This document shows, piece after piece, positions 11,801 through 26,800 of a stretch of DNA of 64,000 nucleotides. The position numbers were made by a program, and so were the translations under genes. Position 1 is the stretch's first letter; every line of letters begins with the position of its first letter. The notes under the pieces were generated by a model. The model worked only from the letters and a program-made list of their open reading frames with translations. It was not told the DNA's origin and searched no databases. Origin of the DNA: Spironucleus salmonicida (Eukaryota); contig NC_090598.1 in the NCBI RefSeq assembly GCF_000497125.1, positions 1 to 64,000 of the forward strand. Reading direction: 5' to 3'.

Positions 11801-14800
11801 ATACAAACAGTCTTCGGCATAGCCTGTGCTTGCATTACTAGTGAGAATAGCCTTCCTAGTGTACTGTGCACCTGGGCTCATAAGTGAATATATATTAGTA
11901 AGCATAGTAGTATATTATATAAATACAATAGTATATACTAAATATCCTTACAAGCACCACTCCCAATGCATACATACTACTAAACTCCATTTAAGTTATT
12001 ACTATATATACTATAGTATTGCATTGTCATCAAGCACTATCCCAGTACCACTCACGCCTGCCTTGGTGCTGTCTATGGAACTACTTGGGGTACCAGTACT
12101 AGTGGTACCCACTTCAGTAGCAGGCAGGTACTACACATAGAATATACAAACAGTCTTCGGCATAGCCTGTGCTTGTACTCTACAGGTAAGAATACCCTTC
12201 CTAGTGCTACTGTGTACCTGGGCTCATAAGTGAATATGTATTAGTAAGCATAGTAGTATATTATATAAATACAATAGTATATACTAAATATCCTTATAGG
12301 CACCACTCCCAATGCATACATACTACTAAACTCCATTTAAGTTATTACTATATATACTATAGTATTGCATTGTCATCAAGCACTACGGCAGTACCACTCA
12401 CGCCTACCTTAGCACTATCTATGGAAATACTTGGGGTACCAGTACTAGTGGTACCCAGTTCAGTAGCAGCCAGCTATGCCAAATATGAAGGTTAAGCCAT
12501 TATACACTATGCCAACAGCATCGACTCAGGCTCGTAGCACCAAAATGTGGAAGGCCTAAGCTAGCATAAGGTCAGTCCTGTTCTTAATAAATTACGGTAT
12601 TGCTACCTCGCTGGGTCCTGAACACCAGCTAGCGCTATCTCGTCACCCTGATAGCCACACTCTCGCTGACCTCGCTTTGGCAAAACTCATCCTGCGAGTC
12701 GTCGTTACCATTTAAAACTCATCCATCCCTATGCTTCTGTCTTAAGCAGCATACCGGGTGAGACTGCAGAGTATCATGTTTGATAGATTATGCATCATGC
12801 GGGTATTAAAGATAAAATACAAGCAGTCTTCGGCATAGCCTGTGCTTGCATTACTAGTGAGAATACCCTTCCTAGTGTACTGTGCACCTGGGCTCATAAG
12901 TGAATATATATTAGTAAGCATAGTAGTATATTCTATAAATACAATAGTATATACTAAATATCCTTACAAGCACCACTCCCAATGCATCTATACTACTAAA
13001 CTCCATTTAAGCTATTACTATATATACTATAGTATTGCATTGTCATCAATCACTATCCCAGTACCACTCACGCCTGCCTTAGCACTATCTATGGAAATAC
13101 TTGGGGTACCAGTACTAGTGGTACCCAGTTCAGTAGCAGCCAGCTATGCCAAATATGAAGGTTAAGCCATTATACACTATGCCAACAGCATCGACTCAGG
13201 CTCGTAGCACCAAAATGTGGAAGGCCTAAGCTAGCATAAGGTCAGTCCTGTTCTTAATAAATTATGATATTGCTACCTCGCTGGGTCCTGACCACCAGCT
13301 AGCGCTATCTCGTCACCCTGATAGCCACACTCTCGCTGACCTCGCTTTGGCAAAACTCATCCTGCGAGTCGTCGTTACCATTTAAAATTCATCCATCCCT
13401 ATGCTTCTGTCTTAAGCAGCATACCGGGTGAGACTGCAGAGTATCATGTTTGATAGATTATGCATCATGCGGGTATTAAAGATAAAATACAAGCAGTCTT
13501 CGGCATAGCCTGTGCTTGCATTACTAGTGAGAATACCCTTCCTAGTGTACTGTGCACCTGGGCTCATAAGTGAATATATATTAGTAAGTATAGTAGTATA
13601 TTATATAAATACAATAGTAATATACTAAATATCCTTACAAGCACCACTCCCAATGCATATATACTACTAAACTCCAATTAAGTTATTACTATATATACTA
13701 TAGTATTGCATACTCATCAAGCACTATCCCAGTACCACTCACGCCTACCTTAGCACTATCTATGGAAATACTTGGGGTCCAGTACTAGTGGTGCCCACTT
13801 CAGTAGCAGATAGTTATTAAAGATAGAATACAAACAGTCTTCGGCATAGCCTGTGCTTGTACTCTACAGGTAAGAATACCCTTCCTAGTGTACTGTGCAC
13901 CTGGGCTCATAAGTGAATATGTATTAGTAAGCATAGTAGTATATTATATAAGTACAATAGTAATATACTAAATATCCTTACAAGCACCACTCCCAATGCA
14001 TATATACTACTAAACTCCAATTAAGATATTACTATATATACTATAGTATTGCATTGTCATCAAGCACTATGCCAGTACCACTCATGCCTACCTTAGCACT
14101 ATCTATGGAAATACTTGGGGTACCAGTACTAGTGGTACCCAGTTCAGTAGCAGCCAGCTATGCCAAATATGAAGGTTAAGCCATTATACACTATGCCAAC
14201 AGCATCGACTCAGGCTCGTAGCACCAAAATGTGGAAGGCCTAAGCTAGCATAAGGTCAGTCCTGTTCTTAATAAATTACGGTATTGCTACCTCGCTGGGT
14301 CCTGAACACCAGCTAGCGCTATCTCGTCACCCTGATAGCCACACTCTCGCTGACCTCGCTTTGGCAAAACTCATCCTGCGAGTCGTCGTTACCATTTAAA
14401 ACTCATCCATCCCTATGCTTCTGTCTTAAGCAGCATACCGGGTGAGACTGCAGAGTATCATGTTTGATAGATTATGCATCATGCGGGTATTAAAGATAAA
14501 ATACAAGCAGTCTTCGGCATAGCCTGTGCTTGCATTACTAGTGAGAATACCCTTCCTAGTGTACTGTGCACCTGGGCTCATAAGTGAATATATATTAGTA
14601 AGTATAGTAGTATATTCTATAAGTACAATAGTATATACTAAATATCCTTACAAGCACCACTCCCAATGCATATATACTACTAAACTCCATTTAAGTTATT
14701 ACTATATATACTATAGTATTGCATTGTCATCAAGCACTACGGCAGTACCACTCACGCCTGCCTTGGTGCTATCTATGGAACTACTTGGGGTCCAGTACTA

Positions 14801-17800
14801 GTGGTGCCCAGTTCAGTAGCAGCCAGCTATGCCAAATATGAAGGTTAAGCCATTATACACTATGCCAACAGCATCGACTCAGGCTCGTAGCACCAAAATG
14901 TGGAAGGCCTAAGCTAGCATAAGGTCAGTCCTGTTCTTAATAAATTATGATATTGCTACCTCGCTGGGTCCTGACCACCAGCTAGCGCTATCTCGTCACC
15001 CTGATAGCCACACTCTCGCTGACCTCGCTTTGGCAAAACTCATCCTGCGAGTCGTCGTTACCATTTAAAACTCATCCATCCCTATGCTTCTGTCTTAAGC
15101 AGCATACCGGGTGAGACTGCAGAGTATCATGTTTGATAGATTATGCATCATGCGGGTATTAAAGATAAAATACAAGCAGTCTTCGGCATAGCCTGTGCTT
15201 GCATTACTAGTGAGAATACCCTTCTTAGTGTACTTTGCACCTGGGCTCATAAGTGAATATATATTAGTAAGCATAGTAGTATATTCTATAAATACAATAG
15301 TATATACTAAATATCCTTACAAGCACCACTCCCAATGCATATATACTACTAAACTCCAATTAAGATATTCCTATATATACTATAGTATTGTATACTCATC
15401 AAGCACTATCCCAGTACCACTCACGCCTGCCTTGGTGCTATCTATGGAACTACTTGGGGTCCAGTACTAGTGGTGCCCACTTCAGTAGCAGATAGTTATT
15501 AAAGATAGAATATACAAACAGTCTTCGGCATAGCCTGTGCTTGTACTCTACAGGTAAGAATACCCTTCCTAGTGTACTGTGCACCTGGGCTCATAAGTGA
15601 ATATATATTAGTAAGCATAGTAGTATATTATATAAATACAATAGTATATACTAAATATCCTTATAGGCACCACTCCCAATGCATACATACTACTAAACTC
15701 CATTTAAGTTATTACTATATATACTATAGTATTGCATTGTCATCAAGCACTACGGCAGTACCACTCACGCCTACCTTAGCACTATCTATGGAAATACTTG
15801 GGGTACCAGTACTAGTGGTACCCAGTTCAGTAGCAGCCAGCTATGCCAAATATGAAGGTTAAGCCATTATACACTATGCCAACAGCATCGACTCAGGCTC
15901 GTAGCACCAAAATGTGGAAGGCCTAAGCTAGCATAAGGTCAGTCCTGTTCTTAATAAATTATGATATTGCTACCTCGCTGGGTCCTGACCACCAGCTAGC
16001 GCTATCTCGTCACCCTGATAGCCACACTCTCGCTGACCTCGCTTTGGCAAAACTCATCCTGCGAGTCGTCGTTACCATTTAAAACTCATCCATCCCTATG
16101 CTTCTGTCTTAAGCAGCATACCGGGTGAGACTGCAGAGTATCATGTTTGATAGATTATGCATCATGCGGGTATTAAAGATAAAATACAAGCAGTCTTCGG
16201 CATAGCCTGTGCTTGCATTACTAGTGAGAATAGCCTTCCTAGTGTACTGTGCACCTGGGCTCATAAGTGAATATGTATTAGTAAGCATAGTAGTATATTA
16301 TATAAGTACAATAGTATATACTAAATATCCTTACAAGCACCACTCCCAATGCATATATACTACTAAACTCCAATTAAGATATTACTATATATACTATAGT
16401 ATTGCATACTCATCAAGCACTATGCCAGTACCACTCACGCCTGCCTTGGTGCTATCTATGGAACTACTTGGGGTCCAGTACTAGTGGTGCCCACTTCAGT
16501 AGCAGATAGTTATTAAAGATAGAATACAAACAGTCTTCGGCATAGCCTGTGCTTGTACTCTACAGGTAAGAATACCCTTCCTAGTGCTACTTTGTACCTG
16601 GGCTCATAAGTGAATATGTATTAGTAAGCATAGTAGTATATTATATAAGTACAATAGTATATACTAAATATCCTTACAAGCACCACTCCCAATGCATATA
16701 TACTACTAAACTCCAATTAAGATATTACTATATATACTATAGTATTGCATTGTCATCAATCACTATGCCAGTACCACTCACGCCTGCCTTAGCACTATCT
16801 ATGGAAATACTTGGGGTAGCAGTACTAGTGGTACCCACTTCAGTAGCAGATAGTTATTAAAGATAGAATACAAACAGTCTTCGGCATAGCCTGTGCTTGC
16901 ATTACTAGTGAGAATACCCTTCCTAGTGTACTGTGCACCTGGGCTCATAAGTGAATATATATTAGTAAGCATAGTAGTATATTCTATAAATACAATAGTA
17001 TATACTAAATATCCTTACAAGCACCACTCCCAATGCATATATACTACTAAACTCCAATTAAGATATTCCTATATATACTATAGTATTGTATACTCATCAA
17101 GCACTATCCCAGTACCACTCACGCCTGCCTTGGTGCTATCTATGGAACTACTTGGGGTCCAGTACTAGTGGTGCCCACTTCAGTAGCAGATAGTTATTAA
17201 AGATAGAATATACAAACAGTCTTCGGCATAGCCTGTGCTTGTACTCTACAGGTAAGAATACCCTTCCTAGTGTACTGTGCACCTGGGCTCATAAGTGAAT
17301 ATATATTAGTAAGCATAGTAGTATATTATATAAATACAATAGTATATACTAAATATCCTTATAGGCACCCACTCCCAATGCATATATACTACTAAACTCC
17401 AATTAAGATATTCCTATATATACTATAGTATTGCATTGTCATCAATCACTATCCCAGTACCACTCACGCCTGCCTTGGTGCTGTCTATGGAACTACTTGG
17501 GGTAGCAGTACTAGTGGTGCCCACTTCAGTAGCAGATAGTTATTAAAGATAGAATACAAACAGTCTTCGGCATAGCCTGTGCTTGTACTCTACAGGTAAG
17601 AATACCCTTCCTAGTGTACTGTGCACCTGGGCTCATAAGTGAATATGTATTAGTAAGCATAGTAGTATATTATATAAATACAATAGTAATATACTAAATA
17701 TCCTTATAGGCACCACTCCCAATGCATACATACTACTAAACTCCATTTAAGTTATTACTATATATACTATAGTATTGCATTGTCATCAAGCACTATGCCA

Positions 17801-20800
17801 GTACCACTCATGCCTACCTTAGCACTATCTATGGAAATACTTGGGGTACCAGTACTAGTGGTACCCAGTTCAGTAGCAGCCAGCTATGCCAAATATGAAG
17901 GTTAAGCCATTATACACTATGCCAACAGCATCGACTCAGGCTCGTAGCACCAAAATGTGGAAGGCCTAAGCTAGCATAAGGTCAGTCCTGTTCTTAATAA
18001 ATTATGATATTGCTACCTCGCTGGGTCCTGACCACCAGCTAGCGCTATCTCGTCACCCTGATAGCCACACTCTCGCTGACCTCGCTTTGGCAAAACTCAT
18101 CCTGCGAGTCGTCGTTACCATTTAAAACTCATCCATCCCTATGCTTCTGTCTTAAGCAGCATACCGGGTGAGACTGCAGAGTATCATGTTTGATAGATTA
18201 TGCATCATGCGGGTATTAAAGATAAAATACAAGCAGTCTTCGGCATAGCCTGTGCTTGTACTCTACAGGTAAGAATACCCTTCTTAGTGCTACTGTGCAC
18301 CTGGGCTCATAAGTGAATATGTATTAGTAAGCATAGTAGTATATTATATAAGTACAATAGTATATACTAAATATCCTTATAGGCACCCACTCCCAATGCA
18401 TATATACTACTAAACTCCAATTAAGATATTCCTATATATACTATAGTATTGCATTGTCATCAATCACTATCCCAGTACCACTCACGCCTGCCTTGGTGCT
18501 GTCTATGGAACTACTTGGGGTCCAGTACTAGTGGTGCCCACTTCAGTAGCAGATAGTTATTAAAGATAGAATACAAACAGTCTTCGGCATAGCCTGTGCT
18601 TGTACTCTACAGGTAAGAATACCCTTCCTAGTGTACTGTGCACCTGGGCTCATAAGTGAATATATATTAGTAAGCATAGTAGTATATTATATAAATACAA
18701 TAGTATATACTAAATATCCTTACAAGCACCACTCCCAATGCATCTATACTACTAAACTCCATTTAAGATATTCCTATATATACTATAGTATTGTATACTC
18801 ATCAAGCACTATCCCAGTACCACTCACGCCTGCCTTGGTGCTGTCTATGGAACTACTTGGGGTAGCAGTACTAGTGGTGCCCACTTCAGTAGCAGATAGT
18901 TATTAAAGATAGAATACAAACAGTCTTCGGCATAGCCTGTGCTTGTACTCTACAGGTAAGAATACCCTTCTTAGTGCTACTGTGCACCTGGGCTCATAAG
19001 TGAATATATATTAGTAAGCATAGTAGTATATTATATAAATACAATAGTATATACTAAATATCCTTATAGGCACCCACTCCCAATGCATATATACTACTAA
19101 ACTCCAATTAAGATATTCCTATATATACTATAGTATTGTATACTCATCAAGCACTATCCCAGTACCACTCACGCCTGCCTTGGTGCTATCTATGGAACTA
19201 CTTGGGGTCCAGTACTAGTGGTGCCCACTTCAGTAGCAGATAGTTATTAAAGATAGAATACAAACAGTCTTCGGCATAGCCTGTGCTTGTACTCTACAGG
19301 TAAGAATACCCTTCCTAGTGTACTTTGTACCTGGGCTCATAAGTGAATATATATTAGTAAGCATAGTAGTATATTATATAAGTACAATAGTAATATACTA
19401 AATATCCTTACAAGCACCACTCCCAATGCATATATACTACTAAACTCCAATTAAGATATTCCTATATATACTATAGTATTGCATTGTCATCAAGCACTAC
19501 GGCAGTACCACTCACGCCTACCTTAGCACTATCTATGGAAATACTTGGGGTACCAGTACTAGTGGTACCCAGTTCAGTAGCAGCCAGCTATGCCAAATAT
19601 GAAGGTTAAGCCATTATACACTATGCCAACAGCATCGACTCAGGCTCGTAGCACCAAAATGTGGAAGGCCTAAGCTAGCATAAGGTCAGTCCTGTTCTTA
19701 ATAAATTATGATATTGCTACCTCGCTGGGTCCTGACCACCAGCTAGCGCTATCTCGTCACCCTGATAGCCACACTCTCGCTGACCTCGCTTTGGCAAAAC
19801 TCATCCTGCGAGTCGTCGTTACCATTTAAAACTCATCCATCCCTATGCTTCTGTCTTAAGCAGCATACCGGGTGAGACTGCAGAGTATCATGTTTGATAG
19901 ATTATGCATCATGCGGGTATTAAAGATAAAATACAAGCAGTCTTCGGCATAGCCTGTGCTTGTACTCTACAGGTAAGAATACCCTTCCTAGTGTACTGTG
20001 CACCTGGGCTCATAAGTGAATATGTATTAGTAAGCATAGTAGTATATTATATAAGTACAATAGTAATATACTAAATATCCTTATAGGCACCCACTCCCAA
20101 TGCATATATACTACTAAACTCCAATTAAGATATTACTATATATACTATAGTATTGTATACTCATCAAGCACTATCCCAGTACCACTCACGCCTGCCTTGG
20201 TGCTGTCTATGGAACTACTTGGGGTACCAGTACTAGTGGTACCCACTTTAGTAGCAGGCAGGTACTACACATAGAATATACAAACAGTCTTCGGCATAGC
20301 CTGTGCTTGTACTCTACAGGTAAGAATACCCTTCCTAGTGTACTGTGTACCTGGGCTCATAAGTGAATATGTATTAGTAAGCATAGTAGTATATTATATA
20401 AATACAATAGTATATACTAAATATCCTTATAGGCACCACTCCCAATGCATACATACTACTAAACTCCATTTAAGTTATTACTATATATACTATAGTATTG
20501 CATTGTCATCAAGCACTACGGCAGTACCACTCACGCCTACCTTAGCACTATCTATGGAAATACTTGGGGTACCAGTACTAGTGGTACCCAGTTCAGTAGC
20601 AGCCAGCTATGCCAAATATGAAGGTTAAGCCATTATACACTATGCCAACAGCATCGACTCAGGCTCGTAGCACCAAAATGTGGAAGGCCTAAGCTAGCAT
20701 AAGGTCAGTCCTGTTCTTAATAAATTATGATATTGCTACCTCGCTGGGTCCTGACCACCAGCTAGCGCTATCTCGTCACCCTGATAGCCACACTCTCGCT

Positions 20801-23800
20801 GACCTCGCTTTGGCAAAACTCATCCTGCGAGTCGTCGTTACCATTTAAAACTCATCCATCCCTATGCTTCTGTCTTAAGCAGCATACCGGGTGAGACTGC
20901 AGAGTATCATGTTTGATAGATTATGCATCATGCGGGTATTAAAGATAAAATACAAGCAGTCTTCGGCATAGCCTGTGCTTGTACTCTACAGGTAAGAATA
21001 CCCTTCTTAGTGCTACTGTGCACCTGGGCTCATAAGTGAATATGTATTAGTAAGCATAGTAGTATATTATATAAGTACAATAGTATATACTAAATATCCT
21101 TACAAGCACCACTCCCAATGCATATATACTACTAAACTCCAATTAAGATATTACTATATATACTATAGTATTGCATACTCATCAAGCACTATGCCAGTAC
21201 CACTCACGCCTACCTTAGCACTATCTATGGAAATACTTGGGGTAGCAGTACTAGTGGTACCCACTTCAGTAGCAGATAGTTATTAAAGATAGAATATACA
21301 AACAGTCTTCGGCATAGCCTGTGCTTGTACTCTACAGGTAAGAATACCCTTCCTAGTGTACTGTGCACCTGGGCTCATAAGTGAATATATATTAGTAAGC
21401 ATAGTAGTATATTCTATAAATACAATAGTATATACTAAATATCCTTACAAGCACCACTCCCAATGCATATATACTACTAAACTCCAATTAAGATATTACT
21501 ATATATACTATAGTATTGCATACTCATCAAGCACTATGCCAGTACCACTCACGCCTACCTTAGCACTATCTATGGAAATACTTGGGGTAGCAGTACTAGT
21601 GGTACCCACTTCAGTAGCAGATAGTTATTAAAGATAGAATATACAAACAGTCTTCGGCATAGCCTGTGCTTGTACTCTACAGGTAAGAATACCCTTCCTA
21701 GTGCTACTTTGTACCTGGGCTCATAAGTGAATATGTATTAGTAAGCATAGTAGTATATTATATAAGTACAATAGTATATACTAAATATCCTTATAGGCAC
21801 CACTCCCAATGCATATATACTACTAAACTCCAATTAAGATATTACTATATATACTATAGTATTGCATTGTCATCAATCACTATGCCAGTACCACTCACGC
21901 CTGCCTTGGTGCTGTCTATGGAACTACTTGGGGTCCAGTACTAGTGGTGCCCACTTCAGTAGCAGATAGTTATTAAAGATAGAATATACAAACAGTCTTC
22001 GGCATAGCCTGTGCTTGTACTCTACAGGTAAGAATACCCTTCCTAGTGTACTGTGCACCTGGGCTCATAAGTGAATATGTATTAGTAAGCATAGTAGTAT
22101 ATTATATAAATACAATAGTATATACTAAATATCCTTATAGGCACCACTCCCAATGCATACATACTACTAAACTCCATTTAAGTTATTACTATATATACTA
22201 TAGTATTGCATTGTCATCAATCACTATGCCAGTACCACTCACGCCTGTCTTGGTGCTGTCTATGGAACTACTTGGGGTACCAGTACTAGTGGTACCCACT
22301 TCAGTAGCAGGCAGGTACTACACATAGAATATACAAACAGTCTTCGGCATAGCCTGTGCTTGTACTCTACAGGTAAGAATACCCTTCCTAGTGCTACTGT
22401 GTACCTGGGCTCATAAGTGAATATGTATTAGTAAGCATAGTAGTATATTATATAAATACAATAGTATATACTAAATATCCTTATAGGCACCACTCCCAAT
22501 GCATACATACTACTAAACTCCATTTAAGTTATTACTATATATACTATAGTATTGCATACTCATCAAGCACTATGCCAGTACCACTCACGCCTGCCTTAGC
22601 ACTATCTATGGAAATACTTGGGGTAGCAGTACTAGTGGTGCCCACTTCAGTAGCAGATAGTTATTAAAGATAGAATATACAAACAGTCTTCGGCATAGCC
22701 TGTGCTTGTACTCTACAGGTAAGAATACCCTTCCTAGTGCTACTGTGTACCTGGGCTCATAAGTGAATATATATTAGTAAGCATAGTAGTATATTATATA
22801 AATACAATAGTAATATACTAAATATCCTTACAAGCACCACTCCCAATGCATATATACTACTAAACTCCAATTAAGATATTACTATATATACTATAGTATT
22901 GCATACTCATCAAGCACTATGCCAGTACCACTCACGCCTGCCTTGGTGCTGTCTATGGAACTACTTGGGGTACCAGTACTAGTGGTACCCACTTCAGTAG
23001 CAGCCAGCTATGCCAAATATGAAGGTTAAGCCATTATACACTATGCCAACAGCATCGACTCAGGCTCGTAGCACCAAAATGTGGAAGGCCTAAGCTAGCA
23101 TAAGGTCAGTCCTGTTCTTAATAAATTACGGTATTGCTACCTCGCTGGGTCCTGAACACCAGCTAGCGCTATCTCGTCACCCTGATAGCCACACTCTCGC
23201 TGACCTCGCTTTGGCAAAACTCATCCTGCGAGTCGTCGTTACCATTTAAAACTCATCCATCCCTATGCTTCTGTCTTAAGCAGCATACCGGGTGAGACTG
23301 CAGAGTATCATGTTTGATAGATTATGCATCATGCGGGTATTAAAGATAAAATACAAGCAGTCTTCGGCATAGCCTGTGCTTGCATTACTAGTGAGAATAC
23401 CCTTCCTAGTGTACTGTGCACCTGGGCTCATAAGTGAATATATATTAGTAAGTATAGTAGTATATTCTATAAGTACAATAGTATATACTAAATATCCTTA
23501 CAAGCACCACTCCCAATGCATATATACTACTAAACTCCATTTAAGTTATTACTATATATACTATAGTATTGCATTGTCATCAAGCACTACGGCAGTACCA
23601 CTCACGCCTACCTTAGCACTATCTATGGAAATACTTGGGGTCCAGTACTAGTGGTGCCCAGTTCAGTAGCAGCCAGCTATGCCAAATATGAAGGTTAAGC
23701 CATTATACACTATGCCAACAGCATCGACTCAGGCTCGTAGCACCAAAATGTGGAAGGCCTAAGCTAGCATAAGGTCAGTCCTGTTCTTAATAAATTATGA

Positions 23801-26800
23801 TATTGCTACCTCGCTGGGTCCTGACCACCAGCTAGCGCTATCTCGTCACCCTGATAGCCACACTCTCGCTGACCTCGCTTTGGCAAAACTCATCCTGCGA
23901 GTCGTCGTTACCATTTAAAACTCATCCATCCCTATGCTTCTGTCTTAAGCAGCATACCGGGTGAGACTGCAGAGTATCATGTTTGATAGATTATGCATCA
24001 TGCGGGTATTAAAGATAAAATACAAGCAGTCTTCGGCATAGCCTGTGCTTGTACTCTACAGGTAAGAATACCCTTCTTAGTGCTACTGTGCACCTGGGCT
24101 CATAAGTGAATATATATTAGTAAGCATAGTAGTATATTATATAAATACAATAGTATATACTAAATATCCTTACAAGCACCACTCCCAATGCATACATACT
24201 ACTAAACTCCATTTAAGTTATTACTATATATACTATAGTATTGCATTGTCATCAATCACTATGCCAGTACCACTCACGCCTGCCTTGGTGCTGTCTATGG
24301 AACTACTTGGGGTCCAGTACTAGTGGTGCCCACTTCAGTAGCAGATAGTTATTAAAGATAGAATATACAAACAGTCTTCGGCATAGCCTGTGCTTGTACT
24401 CTACAGGTAAGAATACCCTTCCTAGTGTACTGTGCACCTGGGCTCATAAGTGAATATATATTAGTAAGCATAGTAGTATATTATATAAATACAATAGTAT
24501 ATACTAAATATCCTTATAGGCACCCACTCCCAATGCATATATACTACTAAACTCCAATTAAGATATTCCTATATATACTATAGTATTGTATACTCATCAA
24601 GCACTATCCCAGTACCACTCACGCCTGCCTTGGTGCTATCTATGGAACTACTTGGGGTCCAGTACTAGTGGTGCCCACTTCAGTAGCAGATAGTTATTAA
24701 AGATAGAATACAAACAGTCTTCGGCATAGCCTGTGCTTGTACTCTACAGGTGAGAATACCCTTCCTAGTGTACTGTGCACCTGGGCTCATAAGTGAATAT
24801 GTATTAGTAAGCATAGTAGTATATTATATAAGTACAATAGTAATATACTAAATATCCTTATAGGCACCCACTCCCAATGCATATATACTACTAAACTCCA
24901 ATTAAGATATTACTATATATACTATAGTATTGTATACTCATCAAGCACTATCCCAGTACCACTCACGCCTGCCTTGGTGCTGTCTATGGAACTACTTGGG
25001 GTACCAGTACTAGTGGTACCCACTTTAGTAGCAGGCAGCTATGCCAAATATGAAGGTTAAGCCATTATACACTATGCCAACAGCATCGACTCAGGCTCGT
25101 AGCACCAAAATGTGGAAGGCCTAAGCTAGCATAAGGTCAGTCCTGTTCTTAATAAATTACGGTATTGCTACCTCGCTGGGTCCTGAACACCAGCTAGCGC
25201 TATCTCGTCACCCTGATAGCCACACTCTCGCTGACCTCGCTTTGGCAAAACTCATCCTGCGAGTCGTCGTTACCATTTAAAACTCATCCATCCCTATGCT
25301 TCTGTCTTAAGCAGCATACCGGGTGAGACTGCAGAGTATCATGTTTGATAGATTATGCATCATGCGGGTATTAAAGATAAAATACAAGCAGTCTTCGGCA
25401 TAGCCTGTGCTTGTACTCTACAGGTAAGAATACCCTTCCTAGTGTACTGTGCACCTGGGCTCATAAGTGAATATATATTAGTAAGCATAGTAGTATATTC
25501 TATAAATACAATAGTATATACTAAATATCCTTACAAGCACCACTCCCAATGCATCTATACTACTAAACTCCATTTAAGCTATTACTATATATACTATAGT
25601 ATTGCATTGTCATCAATCACTATCCCAGTACCACTCACGCCTGCCTTAGCACTATCTATGGAAATACTTGGGGTACCAGTACTAGTGGTACCCAGTTCAG
25701 TAGCAGCCAGCTATGCCAAATATGAAGGTTAAGCCATTATACACTATGCCAACAGCATCGACTCAGGCTCGTAGCACCAAAATGTGGAAGGCCTAAGCTA
25801 GCATAAGGTCAGTCCTGTTCTTAATAAATTACGGTATTGCTACCTCGCTGGGTCCTGAACACCAGCTAGCGCTATCTCGTCACCCTGATAGCCACACTCT
25901 CGCTGACCTCGCTTTGGCAAAACTCATCCTGCGAGTCGTCGTTACCATTTAAAACTCATCCATCCTTATGCTTCTGTCTTAAGCAGCATACCGGGTGAGA
26001 CTGCAGAGTATCATGTTTGATAGATTATGCATCATGCGGGTATTAAAGATAAAATACAAGCAGTCTTCGGCATAGCCTGTGCTTGTACTCTACAGGTAAG
26101 AATACCCTTCCTAGTGCTACTTTGTACCTGGGCTCATAAGTGAATATGTATTAGTAAGCATAGTAGTATATTATATAAGTACAATAGTATATACTAAATA
26201 TCCTTATAGGCACCACTCCCAATGCATATATACTACTAAACTCCAATTAAGATATTACTATATATACTATAGTATTGCATACTCATCAAGCACTATCCCA
26301 GTACCACTCACGCCTGCCTTGGTGCTATCTATGGAACTACTTGGGGTCCAGTACTAGTGGTGCCCACTTCAGTAGCAGATAGTTATTAAAGATAGAATAC
26401 AAACAGTCTTCGGCATAGCCTGTGCTTGTACTCTACAGGTAAGAATACCCTTCCTAGTGCTACTTTGTACCTGGGCTCATAAGTGAATATGTATTAGTAA
26501 GCATAGTAGTATATTATATAAGTACAATAGTATATACTAAATATCCTTATAGGCACCACTCCCAATGCATATATACTACTAAACTCCAATTAAGATATTA
26601 CTATATATACTATAGTATTGCATACTCATCAAGCACTATGCCAGTACCACTCACGCCTGCCTTAGCACTATCTATGGAAATACTTGGGGTAGCAGTACTA
26701 GTGGTGCCCACTTCAGTAGCAGATAGTTATTAAAGATAAAATACAAGCAGTCTTCGGCATAGCCTGTGCTTGCATTACTAGTGAGAATAGCCTTCCTAGT